Positions 50,709 to 60,704 are shown, counted from the stretch's first letter. The stretch: DNA of 64,000 nucleotides from a virus (IMGVR_UViG_3300035685_000002:39061-103060), one strand, 5' to 3'. Program-made: numbers and translations. The notes: generated by a model not told the origin, from the letters alone.

Positions 50709-53318
50709 TTAAAGGGCGATCGCCTCCATCGTAAACCCAGCCACCAATTCATCCGGGAATAGTGCCTGCATCCGAGTGATCGCCTCTTCACCCGATACCA
50801 CATTAAAGTAGTATCCCTGTCGAGTTGCCAAGCTCCAGTCCGCAGAGTACCAAGCGTTGCGGGTACACCGGAACCAGGATATCGATTGCAGTTGAACAAT
50901 TTCTTGCTGCTGACTGACTATTGCAGCGCCCTGCCGGATGAGTTCTTCTCCTTGGCGAGCGATCGCATCATCTGCTGCATCTAGCTGCTCTCCCCGTCTA
51001 CCAACCAAATTACCTAGTTCATCAAAAGCGCTTCGGAATTGGTACAGGTAATCCTTGATATAGATACCCTCGATAAACACCCCATCCGGCGATACACTAA
51101 TGGCATCATTTAGTCCAGCTGCACCAAGAGAAATGGCATCACCAGACGCATTGATGTAAGACTTGGTGATGCCGCGATTATCCTTATTAGCAATTGTAAT
51201 TCCCTCATCTGGGTCGAGAAACATACCCACTAGATTCTTGCCATCTTGTAGTACCTTGAGCGCCATTGGTAATTGAGATAAGAATCCTCCACCGGCCGCG
51301 CCAAATCCAAAACCGCCCCAAGGACTGGTTGCTCCCACGCCTCCCATTCCTGCGAATACCTTGCTAATGCCTCCGGGTGCAAGGAGCTGGCTCACGGTTT
51401 TTTGAACCTCTAGAGCTGCTCCTACTCCGGTAGAATCGGCATAAATCTTGGCTGCTTGTTCGGTAAGTTTTAATAGCCCACCTCCGGATTTACCGGGAGT
51501 GGAAGCGATCGCTTTCTGAGCTTGATGGAACCCCTGCTCTAACAATGGGCGGAGTTTTTCTGTTAGGGGCTTGATTAACTGCTCCAAGCTATCCTTCAAA
51601 TCCAATTCATCCGGCAGTTCTAAGGGCGACTTTGTTTTTGCATCTTGCAAAGAGTCACCCACTTGTAATCGGGACAAAAAGTCCTGGATCTTGGGGACTT
51701 CTTGAATCAGGGGTTGAGCTTTCGTGAATGTCGCTAGGGTGGTTGAAATTTGGGACTGCTGGATGTTGGCGACTAGAGAGGGGAGATCTTTGGTGGTGAT
51801 CGCATCCTTCATCAATTCCGGCGTTACCGGGAGTCCACTGGGAATAAACTCCATCGCTGCTGTTGTTCGGTCTTTTAGAAATGAGTCAGCATCGAATTCG
51901 CCCAGTGTGAATGTGGGAGTTATCCCCAGTCCTGTGGGTTTCGCTATATCTTGGAGAACCGAGGGGAGTGCGTCAAGGGTGTCTTGGTCGATTATCTTCC
52001 CGGTAAGCGTATTGAATTTGTCCAGGACTGAATGCGCTTCGTTGATAACGGATTGTAGAGGCCCGATGCTTTTATGTAGCCCCATCTCCACCAAGTTCTC
52101 AATGGCTTCCATTCCTTCAGGGGCAAGTCGGGATAATAAACCTTTAATAAGATTGTCTGGGTTATAGCCGAGTCCTTTAACTAGGGGAGCAGCTTGGTCG
52201 ATTGCTCCATGTAAGTCTTTGGGGAGTACTTCTTTGAGTTTCCCCAGTAGCTGGTCTGAACTGAATCCTCCGTTGACCACGCCCTCGATCTTGCGGGCGA
52301 GGTTGCCGATGTCGTTTCCTAGGACTTTGTCGAGTTGGGGGGCGATCGCATCCGCCAACTGTTTAGTATCCAGTGAGTTGAGTTGCTGAAGGGCATTGAG
52401 TCCTTGGTCGAACGTCTTACCGAGTGTTCCCTGAATTTGAGTTAGCAGTCCTTGGGCGTCTCCCATGACGTGGGACAGGGGGTTGCCTGGGATGTTCTTG
52501 AGTACGCCATCCAGTTGTTCCAGCAGCTTGGAGGTGGAAGAGAGTTTGCCAAAGATATTTTTCTGTAGGTCTTTGACGTTGGACGCGATGCCTCCCAGTG
52601 GGCCGGTGAGGTTGACTTCCTTGTTTTGGAGCTTGAGCGCGGCGTTATTAGCATTTTGCAAAACTAGTTCACCGTTATCCAGCAATTGGGAGAATGCTCC
52701 GGCTGCGTTCTTTTGGCTGATTTCCCCGTTTGGTGTCTGGCTGAAGCTTGATAAGGGGGTTTCTAGAATTACGTTGCCATCAAACGAGAGAGTGTTCCTG
52801 GCTCCGCCCTTGGTTTGTTCGATAATACTGCCTTCCTTGGTTTCGGTTCTGGCAATTCCAGTGGCTTCTACATAGCGCATCTTGCTGGAATTGAACTCGT
52901 CGGATACTTCGATGGTTCCCTCGCGGGTTGCAAAGCCGTAGAGTCCCTTATTAATGTCGTGTTCCGGCGAAGGGGGGTCGATTTTGTTGTACAGGCAGCC
53001 GATGCAGATCCAGTTGTTGGGGCGTCCCATTACTGGGATTAGGAATACCAGTGTCCCTTCTTGGAGTGGGACGACGTTGCCACCGGGGGCGGCGTTGCAG
53101 GTGAAGAGGGAAATCACAGGAATGAAGCCGTCATCACCATTAGGTAGATCTGCCAGGGGGTCGATCAGGTCGCAGCGACATTTAATTCTGCCCTGCTTTT
53201 TGGGGTCGTTCGTGGCTGTTATATATGCGGGGACGCCGCCCATCACATAGCCTTCGGCTAAATGGGTGGCGTAGGACTTGGGATCTTCGGGGTGGGTGAG
53301 GCGTTGGAGTGGGAGCAT
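50709..53318 (-). CDS. Baseplate spike, gp5/VgrG/GpV-like
   Basis: DP...GRIK OB-fold, P.EGT.V...P..G.P, beta-helix-like segment and a long helical insert. Confidence 0.75.
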   Translation of the reverse strand: MLPLQRLTHPEDPKSYATHLAEGYVMGGVPAYITATNDPKKQGRIKCRCDLIDPLADLPNGDDGFIPVISLFTCNAAPGGNVVPLQEGTLVFLIPVMGRPNNWICIGCLYNKIDPPSPEHDINKGLYGFATREGTIEVSDEFNSSKMRYVEATGIARTETKEGSIIEQTKGGARNTLSFDGNVILETPLSSFSQTPNGEISQKNAAGAFSQLLDNGELVLQNANNAALKLQNKEVNLTGPLGGIASNVKDLQKNIFGKLSSTSKLLEQLDGVLKNIPGNPLSHVMGDAQGLLTQIQGTLGKTFDQGLNALQQLNSLDTKQLADAIAPQLDKVLGNDIGNLARKIEGVVNGGFSSDQLLGKLKEVLPKDLHGAIDQAAPLVKGLGYNPDNLIKGLLSRLAPEGMEAIENLVEMGLHKSIGPLQSVINEAHSVLDKFNTLTGKIIDQDTLDALPSVLQDIAKPTGLGITPTFTLGEFDADSFLKDRTTAAMEFIPSGLPVTPELMKDAITTKDLPSLVANIQQSQISTTLATFTKAQPLIQEVPKIQDFLSRLQVGDSLQDAKTKSPLELPDELDLKDSLEQLIKPLTEKLRPLLEQGFHQAQKAIASTPGKSGGGLLKLTEQAAKIYADSTGVGAALEVQKTVSQLLAPGGISKVFAGMGGVGATSPWGGFGFGAAGGGFLSQLPMALKVLQDGKNLVGMFLDPDEGITIANKDNRGITKSYINASGDAISLGAAGLNDAISVSPDGVFIEGIYIKDYLYQFRSAFDELGNLVGRRGEQLDAADDAIARQGEELIRQGAAIVSQQQEIVQLQSISWFRCTRNAWYSADWSLATRQGYYFNVVSGEEAITRMQALFPDELVAGFTMEAIAL

Positions 53319-53379
53319 ATAAAAAAACGCCCCCGTCATGGGAGCGCTCTATTGAGTTGGCTCATTCGATTTTCTCAAA

Positions 53380-53739
53380 TCAGTACAAGCCTAAAGCACG
53401 AGCCTGATCTTGCGGTGCCCATTTGAAGTGCTCTGCAAAGGGCTTGTCCGGAGTGATGTTTTCTGGAGGATCTACGTCCATATCTGGCATTTCGGCTTTG
53501 AGTTGGTCTTTTTCTTCCTGAGACATTTTTGCTAAAGTTGCCCAGGAGAATGTAAATCCCCATGTTGTCGAAGTTGACCAAAGTAGGTAATTTAGTTCAC
53601 CTTGGTAACTTAGTTGATTTGAGTAATCGACTAACTGGTTCGGGGTTAGTTTGCCTACGATCGCTTCAAACTCATCGAAGTTTTCTTGCGCGATCGCCTG
53701 ATCAAGATTTTTGATAATCTCAGGTGTTAGTTTGCTCAA
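53380..53739 (-). CDS. Hypothetical protein (accessory cassette)
   Basis: Promoter at 53754-53777. Confidence 0.65.
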   Translation of the reverse strand: MSKLTPEIIKNLDQAIAQENFDEFEAIVGKLTPNQLVDYSNQLSYQGELNYLLWSTSTTWGFTFSWATLAKMSQEEKDQLKAEMPDMDVDPPENITPDKPFAEHFKWAPQDQARALGLY

Positions 53740-53822
53740 AGTGTTCTCCTTTTTGTTTACAAATATATTTTACCACAAAACCATTTCTGTTTAGTTAGAT
53801 GGTTTTGTGATAGAGAAATGAT

Positions 53823-54683
53823 TTATCCAGCCTTGGGTTGTTCTACTTTTCTATTCACCATTGGAATAACGTTCCTAGTCAAGGATTCTTTGACCGCATC
53901 TAGTGGTTTGTAGTCATGGTTGATGATTAGACGAGCTGCCAATTCTTCTATTTGAGAGATCCACCGAAGCTCGTCAGCCGTCAATGCATCTCTCAGTTTA
54001 GAACGATCCTTAACCCCCAGGTCGCTGCACAGTTTGTTAGATTTTCGTCCAAACAATCCGAGGTTTACAGCTTCAGAGCAATTGACGTACATCCATTGGA
54101 TAGCTCCTGCGGAAAGCTTGTCTCTGTGAATTGCGACATACTGTTTAACGGCGTCAGTTAAATCCAGGCGAACCTGTTTACCCTCCTGTCGTTTTTCTAG
54201 CCAATCCTGCCTGGATTCTTCGTCGAACTTCATACGAAAGCCATCAGAAAATAGCTGCTGGAGAGATAGTCCTGCTAGTAGGTCAAGCAGATCGTCGGCT
54301 TCACTACTTCCCAGTCTTTTGCAGATTTTAAGGAAAGGGACAATGCTTTCTACTGAAAGTAGATCGACTTTCCTTGCGTCTTTCCCCTCCGTCTCGACTC
54401 GAACTCCTGGATGGAGTTCGATGCACTCTGCATAAGGCTTTGAGGAATTTACGTGCCTAAAACTGGATGGACTAAGAGCTTCCTGTGATTCAATTATTCT
54501 CTTGTATCGTTTAGTGCACTGGTTCCGGTCATAATTCGGGTAAGCCAGAAGAACGGCTTGTGTCTTGCTGACACCGAACTTATTTGTTGGTGTCCACAAG
54601 TTTTCAGGCAATAGATAGCCCTCGATTGACGTACTCCCGAACGGAATTTCGGCGCGAGTCGCTTTAGTGTTAGTATTCGTCAT
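53823..54683 (-). CDS. Antirepressor-like DNA-binding protein (P63C-type N-terminus, KilA-C/DinD-like C-terminus)
   Basis: AEIPFG...IEGYLL; R..GK..R..LTD...LFG....LRDAL..EL. Confidence 0.55.
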   Translation of the reverse strand: MTNTNTKATRAEIPFGSTSIEGYLLPENLWTPTNKFGVSKTQAVLLAYPNYDRNQCTKRYKRIIESQEALSPSSFRHVNSSKPYAECIELHPGVRVETEGKDARKVDLLSVESIVPFLKICKRLGSSEADDLLDLLAGLSLQQLFSDGFRMKFDEESRQDWLEKRQEGKQVRLDLTDAVKQYVAIHRDKLSAGAIQWMYVNCSEAVNLGLFGRKSNKLCSDLGVKDRSKLRDALTADELRWISQIEELAARLIINHDYKPLDAVKESLTRNVIPMVNRKVEQPKAG

Positions 54684-54787
54684 GTTATTCGCCACTTATT
54701 CTGGCGGATAGCCCCAGTGGTAATGCGATCGCGGGTATGCTGCCAACATCCCCGATCCGCGCTGGGTTTTGCCCTTTAATTCTAGCA
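54681..54787 (-). promoter_or_regulatory. Extended -10 plus conserved structured leader, copy 2
   Basis: Homologous to 10587-10696. Confidence 0.7.
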
Positions 54788-54903
54788 ATTGGGCTGTCTT
54801 GATTTTGTTCAATAAACAACAATTAATAGAGCAGAATAATAAAGGTTTATTAGAAAAGCGATCGCCCACATTTCAGTAAGCGATCGCTTTTTCAAATCTA
54901 TAT

Positions 54904-55257
54904 CTATTTCTCAACCGTAAAAGTCCACTTCTTCCAATCACCGCTACCAGTAAAGCCTTGGATAATCACACTGTCGCTAGCAAAAGCGACAGTATCGTTG
55001 ATTCTCACGCTCCACACCCCGTAGCTATCGGCGATATGGATTCCGCCCCAGTCCTTATCTCTCCAGAAGCCGACCTTATTTAAAACTTGATTGGTTTCAA
55101 TCTTTGTGCTGTACAGGGAGTGTTCCGTACAGCTCGTATAACTACCTCTTTCCAAAACGTTAGCTATGCGATCGCGCACCTCCTCTAAATTCTCAAGCCG
55201 AACAGTTGTTGGTTCCGAATACGAACGCTCACTGGTGATTTGCCCAAGTTCAGTCAT
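54904..55257 (-). CDS. Hypothetical protein
   Basis: 117 aa; HIP1-stem terminator at 54853-54892. Confidence 0.65.
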   Translation of the reverse strand: MTELGQITSERSYSEPTTVRLENLEEVRDRIANVLERGSYTSCTEHSLYSTKIETNQVLNKVGFWRDKDWGGIHIADSYGVWSVRINDTVAFASDSVIIQGFTGSGDWKKWTFTVEK

Positions 55258-55339
55258 GTTGCAGTTCTATGGTTGATTAATTACATTATAAGCTATTATG
55301 TGATAAAATGTATGTGTAAACCAAAAAACAAGGCTTCTT

Positions 55340-55663
55340 ATGTTAGACACATACGAACAGGTTCAGCAATATGTAGATGAGTACGGTTCAGCTGATCAGG
55401 TCTTACGACCGGAAGATTATTGGAACGCTATAAACGTCCAGAACGCCTGTAATCTCTCTGGGGTCATCCTATCCTTTTCCGAAGCAATGGAAAAGATAGG
55501 GGAAGAGGCGCGGCATAAAGAGCGGGGGACTAGTTGGAAGAACAAGCACCCCATTGCTATCTTGTTTGCCTGTGTTGTTGCCAATTTGACTACAGGAGAT
55601 TTGATCAATACTGCATATTATGCAGAGGCTTACAGAATTTGCCACAAGAAGGCAAATAACTAA
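55340..55663 (+). CDS. Hypothetical phage protein (accessory cassette)
   Basis: VQNACNLSGV...HPI; promoter at 55299-55322. Confidence 0.7.
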   Translation: MLDTYEQVQQYVDEYGSADQVLRPEDYWNAINVQNACNLSGVILSFSEAMEKIGEEARHKERGTSWKNKHPIAILFACVVANLTTGDLINTAYYAEAYRICHKKANN

Positions 55664-55809
55664 TCGAAAAAGGGTGTATTAAATGCACCCTTTTTTAATA
55701 AACCTTTATTAGGTTGCGGGTCGGGTCGGTATCATTGCCAAGAAAACTCATTATTGCATGCAACCCACAAGGCAGCGAGCTATCTCGTTGCCTTGTGTTT
55801 TTTTTACTT

Positions 55810-56757
55810 ATGGTCACAACACCTACATCTCCCGGATTCTCCCAGCCCGAACAGCCTAACGACAGTGATTCCATCAGCGCGACCCTGACATTGGATCAGT
55901 TCAAGCTCAAGAAAGTTCAGTTGCAAGATTTCCCAAATACCTTGCCGCTGGGATTCTTTGTGGGCGATCGCCGAATCATCAATTTCTCCCTAAACCCCTT
56001 CGACCCAGAGCAGGACTTACTCCTTGCCAAGCTGTACTCAAACCAGAAAGCCGACCTCAAGCAGATATTGGGTCAGTTTTTGCCGCAGGCAATTGACAAG
56101 ATTGGCGACTACACTGTCCAAGAGCTAGCCAGGGAACTCTCCTGCACACCACAGAAGCTAATCGAGCGGATGCCACTAGCCGATGCCTTGACCGTCGTGT
56201 TGAATCAGCGGCAAAGTAATGTTGGGGAAGAAATCGCAATCAACGAACAGTGTCCCAACTGCAACACCCGCAATAACGATGACCCCGAAGAAGGGCGTCC
56301 TTACCATGACCTGGGAGAAGTTGAAATAGGACTGCTGCCCCAGCTCAATGACAAGCTAGTGCTAGAGGTTAACCTCACTAAGGGATTTAAGATCGGGCCG
56401 GACTTGTGCAAGAAGGTCTTGATGCAGCCGATGAAGCTTTACGACCTACCCAAGCTCGCTAAGGTGCCACGGGGTAAGTTGGATTTAGCGATGATGTACT
56501 TGCAAGTTTGTGCGATTCCGGAGTCGTCTATGCTTTCCAATGTGGCAGGGCAATTGTTCGACGATGATACCTACTCCGGGATTAAGAACTTGAAGGATCG
56601 GGAGTTGCTACTTTCTGCTAGTCGTAAATTACAGCAGCTTGGTCCCGATATGAACTTGATGCTGAGTTGTTTCAACTGCGGTCATGAATGGCGGACATCT
56701 CTGCCCTGGCCAGATCTGAGGAATTTCTTGTTTGCTTTTGCAAGCCCAGCCGAATAA
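55810..56757 (+). CDS. Baseplate hub / tail assembly chaperone-like protein (T4 gp26-like), paralog 1
   Basis: LPxG, D..R..G...CPNC and C-terminal CFNCG. Confidence 0.55.
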   Translation: MVTTPTSPGFSQPEQPNDSDSISATLTLDQFKLKKVQLQDFPNTLPLGFFVGDRRIINFSLNPFDPEQDLLLAKLYSNQKADLKQILGQFLPQAIDKIGDYTVQELARELSCTPQKLIERMPLADALTVVLNQRQSNVGEEIAINEQCPNCNTRNNDDPEEGRPYHDLGEVEIGLLPQLNDKLVLEVNLTKGFKIGPDLCKKVLMQPMKLYDLPKLAKVPRGKLDLAMMYLQVCAIPESSMLSNVAGQLFDDDTYSGIKNLKDRELLLSASRKLQQLGPDMNLMLSCFNCGHEWRTSLPWPDLRNFLFAFASPAE

Positions 56758-56818
56758 ATCATGTCTGCTATGTTGCGTTAATACAAAAAAACAGCCCGGT
56801 TATCCGGGCTGTTTTTTG

Positions 56819-57289
56819 TTATTTCTCTTCGTCAATTTCCTCCTCTTCATCAGAATCTTCTTCTAGATTCTCAATGATTTCTTCCAAAGACTTGACAACA
56901 GAATGATAGACTTCTAGTTTTTCCAGGTACTGTCCTCCCGAAATAACATTGATTATGTCGAATTTCTCAGGATTTATCCCGTACTCTGCGGCATACTGGT
57001 TGCAGTATCCTGGGCGATCAAGGTGCGATGATAACCAATTGAGCAAATCTCGGTTATAGACATCTGCTTCAATCGAGTCTTCGTCTCGCTCCTCAGCGAT
57101 CGCATCCAGTGCATCAACAACAAACTCGTACTTCCAATCTTCTGGCATCATGTCTCCATGTGCTTCATGGATTAGATCTCGGAGTTCTTCAGGACGCTCG
57201 TCTTTGGTTACCCAAAACTTTCGTCCATCGCGTTCCTTTTGCTCAAAATACGCTAGGTACTCTTGAGCTAGGGAATGTATAGTCTTCAT
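56819..57289 (-). CDS. Acidic protein, Ocr (T7 gp0.3)-like DNA-mimic candidate
   Basis: EELRDLIHEAHGDMMP resembles Ocr DDLHDAIHMAADNAVP; D/E-rich tail; promoter at 57309-57332. Confidence 0.45.
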   Translation of the reverse strand: MKTIHSLAQEYLAYFEQKERDGRKFWVTKDERPEELRDLIHEAHGDMMPEDWKYEFVVDALDAIAEERDEDSIEADVYNRDLLNWLSSHLDRPGYCNQYAAEYGINPEKFDIINVISGGQYLEKLEVYHSVVKSLEEIIENLEEDSDEEEEIDEEK

Positions 57290-57401
57290 GGTTGTAATAC
57301 CGTTTTAGCGTTTACTACATTATTTTATCACATAAATTACAATAAACCTTTATTAGGTTTTAGCGATTTGCAAGAGTTGAGGAAGTTTATTAGCAGGCAG
57401 A

Positions 57402-58484
57402 ATGCGATCGCCCTCATCCCCTCTATTCCCTTCCCATCAATCCCCACAGTACCCGCCCACCTTATCAACCCTCACAGCACTATCTCAATTTCGCAACAAG
57501 CTACCACTGGGTATTTCATTGGGACGCGAGAGGATAACCGAGTTTCAGCTCTTTCCCTATACAACAGAGATGGATTTCATGCTCTCCAGGTTGTTCCCTG
57601 AAGAGGGGGAAGTCCAGCAAACGCATATTGGGCAGATTGTTACGCAGGTGTTTCCCGCAATAGTCCAGCATATTGGTGGATACTCTCTCAAGGAGCTGTC
57701 TACGCTGCTCGGAGTTCCACCCCTGCGCCTCTTTGACAGTCTGTTTGCTGCCGATGTGTTGACCATTTTCTTAAACATCCGGGTGGAATCTTCGGGGGTA
57801 GATATCGCCTTCACTAATACTTGCCCCAGCTGTCTGACCATAAATGATGACGATCCGGCTAAAGGGAGACCGTATCACGACATCTCTGCATTGGACATCA
57901 GATACTGCGATGCTGCGCCAATAAGGCAAGTGGAATTGATAAGTGCAATTTCTCTGCCCGATGGAGACTGTTCAATCATTGAACTCGCCCCTATGACATT
58001 TGGTCAGTTTCAGCAACTGGAAGGTTGCCCAGATAGTCTCCTGGAACTAGAAGTATTGCAACGCCAGGTGCGGAACCGAGATTTTGATTACCGATTGATT
58101 CGCAATCTGCGAGACAGACAGAACTTGCTTAAAGTTTCTCGCGAATTGTTCCGGCTTGGTCCCGACATGGAGATGGCGGTGGCGATGCTCTGCTACAAGT
58201 GCCGATTTGAGTGGGAGAGCCACATGGCACCATCCCAGGCATATTCGTTCTACTACAATCTACTGCGACCACCTAAGGAAGAATACCTACAAAATATTCT
58301 GTTCTTCCTAACCTTTGGAGAGCAGGCTCCTTGCAAGTCAATTCAAGAAGCTAAACAGCTGCCTGTGCGAGAGCGGAATTTTTACGTCCAGAAGCTCAAT
58401 GAGTCGTACCAGAAACAGAAGGAGGAGATGGATAAGGCTAACCGTAAGGGAGGTAAGGGTAAGAACATTAAGCGGTCATTTTAA
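57402..58484 (+). CDS. Baseplate hub / tail assembly chaperone-like protein, paralog 2
   Basis: Shares CP.C...NDDDP..GRPYHD, DR..LL..SR.L..LGPDM and C..C with ORF 55810. Confidence 0.55.
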   Translation: MRSPSSPLFPSHQSPQYPPTLSTLTALSQFRNKLPLGISLGRERITEFQLFPYTTEMDFMLSRLFPEEGEVQQTHIGQIVTQVFPAIVQHIGGYSLKELSTLLGVPPLRLFDSLFAADVLTIFLNIRVESSGVDIAFTNTCPSCLTINDDDPAKGRPYHDISALDIRYCDAAPIRQVELISAISLPDGDCSIIELAPMTFGQFQQLEGCPDSLLELEVLQRQVRNRDFDYRLIRNLRDRQNLLKVSRELFRLGPDMEMAVAMLCYKCRFEWESHMAPSQAYSFYYNLLRPPKEEYLQNILFFLTFGEQAPCKSIQEAKQLPVRERNFYVQKLNESYQKQKEEMDKANRKGGKGKNIKRSF

Positions 58485-58529
58485 TTTATTATGTGATAAA
58501 ATAATATAGTAAACACATCTAAGTTTTCT

Positions 58530-58865
58530 ATGAAAACCGCAACCGTATTTGACTGGAATAAGCTACTCAATAAAGCAATGAAAGACTGTTTAGACAGTAT
58601 CTTTGATTGTGAATGGGACGAAGATTCTAACGCATATTACGAAGAGTTTTTGAGTCAGGTAGAAAAGTACAGGAAGAAAGATGACCAAAAATGGGCAAAG
58701 TTCCTGTACAACGACCAGCTCAAACAAGAAGGAGATTCTGACGAACTCTTCTGTGGGGGAACCGTATTTGAGTTTCTCGATGATGTATGCAAAGCAGCTA
58801 TCAAGCAGGTTGACTGGGTGATCGCGACCCAGCACTGCGAAAAGCTCTTAGAACGAAAAGAGTAA
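58530..58865 (+). CDS. Acidic hypothetical protein (accessory cassette)
   Basis: Promoter at 58492-58515. Confidence 0.7.
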   Translation: MKTATVFDWNKLLNKAMKDCLDSIFDCEWDEDSNAYYEEFLSQVEKYRKKDDQKWAKFLYNDQLKQEGDSDELFCGGTVFEFLDDVCKAAIKQVDWVIATQHCEKLLERKE

Positions 58866-59006
58866 TATAGACCGCAAACCCAAACGGGTGCTACATAAGG
58901 TAGTACCCGTTTTTAATAAACCTTTATTAGTAAAAGACCCTTATTCGCTAGTTAGACGAACAAGGGTTTTTGTGTAAAACTATTTCTGTCAGAAAGAGAC
59001 AGAGCA

Positions 59007-59414
59007 TTACCTGTTTCTTTCCAAGAAAAGCAATGACTGTCTCCATTTCTTCTCTACGAGGGGCCTTAGCTGACTAGCTGGAACAAGAAATTTGTGTTCC
59101 GGATAAAGGAAATTGTAATCTGGGTGTGTACCATCTCCAGGCCAATGCTCAGAAACGAAGCGATTACTAGCCTTCCCTTTATATACTAGGTTTAATTCCA
59201 CCCACTTTTCTACTGAGTAGATATTATCAAGGTGCCACGCTCTTTCTCTTAATGCCTCAAAAGTTTCATAGTGCCTGCTTCTTATCATGACTCCAGCGAG
59301 TCTGACGTGATTAATGACTTTCCCCTTTTGATAGACTGGAGTGATCGCAACAAACTCATCTTCCACTTTATGAAATCTCCGGTGAAATCCCTTTATCTCA
59401 ATAGTCCAAGCCAT
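59007..59414 (-). CDS. Hypothetical protein
   Basis: Variant promoter at 59433-59455. Confidence 0.6.
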   Translation of the reverse strand: MAWTIEIKGFHRRFHKVEDEFVAITPVYQKGKVINHVRLAGVMIRSRHYETFEALRERAWHLDNIYSVEKWVELNLVYKGKASNRFVSEHWPGDGTHPDYNFLYPEHKFLVPASQLRPLVEKKWRQSLLFLERNR

Positions 59415-59458
59415 TAGATTTGCTCGTTTATGGATTACATGAATATATTATCACAAAT

Positions 59459-60703
59459 ATGTACGACAAACACTACGAAGCTAGAAATTTCCAGAAATCC
59501 AATCCCCGCCTTATCTCTTCGCCAGACTTGTGGCGAGTAGATAACGGGCAGCTCCTTGCTGCCTATCTGGATAGACTCGCTCAACCCTTACCCAACGGAC
59601 TGGATTCCCCCTTCAGTTCCAAAGCTCCCGGTACTGCCCATGAAGTAATTGGCAGTAACCTCATTCACTTACTTGATGCCTTTGGGTACGAATCGAACAA
59701 GTTATCCGACCAGGAGATAATTCAGTTCTTCCGCTTCATTGGGGCGGAGACGATGCCTGCGGAGAATGCGGTATTGCTGATGAGATTTGGGAGGAGCGAT
59801 CGCGCCATTCAAGATCGCATTCCAGTTGAAATCCCCGTAGGAACAGAAGTCCGCAGTCGCTATAATCCCAATCTCGCAGTTTACACACTGTATTCAGCGA
59901 CTATTGGGGATGCAAGAGATCCAGACGCTCCCCATATAGAGATACCAGCCCGACTGAATCAGCTGGGTCCACTGCCTGCGATCCGAGACGATGAGTTTAC
60001 AGAAACACAAATTGCCTTATCGTTTCTAGCTAGAGCCACCAACATAGATGTTGTTTCCACGGGTCGGTTTGCAGAGACACTTTCTGAGACCGTGCTCCGT
60101 ACTCGTGATGGTATTCGCACGGGTACGTTAGGACGCTTTTATCAAGATGGGGTTGTAGATTTCGAGCGGGAAGATTTCCTGGGTCGATGCGTCAACCGCA
60201 GTGATTACGCCTGGTATGCCAAGGAGATGGGGGCAACCAAAACCAATGTTCTTCCTGGCGTAGCGTATGGCTCAGATGGCTACTGGGGAAACCTGGTGTC
60301 CATTGCGGTTTACCCCCCGGATATTAAACCTTTAATAGAAGTCCCTTATTCTTCCATCACCTTGGTAGATACCGAGTTCGGCATTATTGCTGCTGAGATA
60401 GTACCAGTTACGGGAACTATCTGGATTAAAGTGACGCCTAGCTTGACGGATTTTCAGGTGAGAGACTTGGCTGCGATCGCAATCATGAACAAAATTAATC
60501 CCCCCAATGGTCTCTGGGGGGATAAAGATTTGCCGAGCAATTTGGCAGATGCCCTGGAGCGAGAGGTTGGAATTTATGCCGTGCCCCAAATGGATTTAAA
60601 GGTTGAAGGTACGGATGAACCTGTCTCTACGTTTGACATCAAGCCCTGGCATCTGTGGGAAATTCAGGCAAGTATTGAGTTCAAGATAATTAGGACGACT
60701 TGA
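59459..60703 (+). CDS. Baseplate J/gp47-like protein
   Basis: IP.GT.V, A...G, G...ET..E...R and V...DY. Confidence 0.7.
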   Translation: MYDKHYEARNFQKSNPRLISSPDLWRVDNGQLLAAYLDRLAQPLPNGLDSPFSSKAPGTAHEVIGSNLIHLLDAFGYESNKLSDQEIIQFFRFIGAETMPAENAVLLMRFGRSDRAIQDRIPVEIPVGTEVRSRYNPNLAVYTLYSATIGDARDPDAPHIEIPARLNQLGPLPAIRDDEFTETQIALSFLARATNIDVVSTGRFAETLSETVLRTRDGIRTGTLGRFYQDGVVDFEREDFLGRCVNRSDYAWYAKEMGATKTNVLPGVAYGSDGYWGNLVSIAVYPPDIKPLIEVPYSSITLVDTEFGIIAAEIVPVTGTIWIKVTPSLTDFQVRDLAAIAIMNKINPPNGLWGDKDLPSNLADALEREVGIYAVPQMDLKVEGTDEPVSTFDIKPWHLWEIQASIEFKIIRTT

Positions 60704-60704
60704 G

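Larger units (their letters stand above)
9673..59455. promoter_or_regulatory. Dispersed promoter TGTGATAAAAT-N6/7-GTAAACA, about 33 copies upstream of accessory genes
   Basis: Plus strand: 9673, 12657, 18407, 31501, 38681, 39169, 39510, 39973, 47899, 49156, 55299, 58492. Minus strand (left coordinate): 12064, 12632, 17210, 17636, 18004, 18382, 22539, 25128, 26782, 27437, 31064, 32920, 34973, 35328, 35683, 38655, 47873, 50391, 53754, 57309, 59433. Confidence 0.88.
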
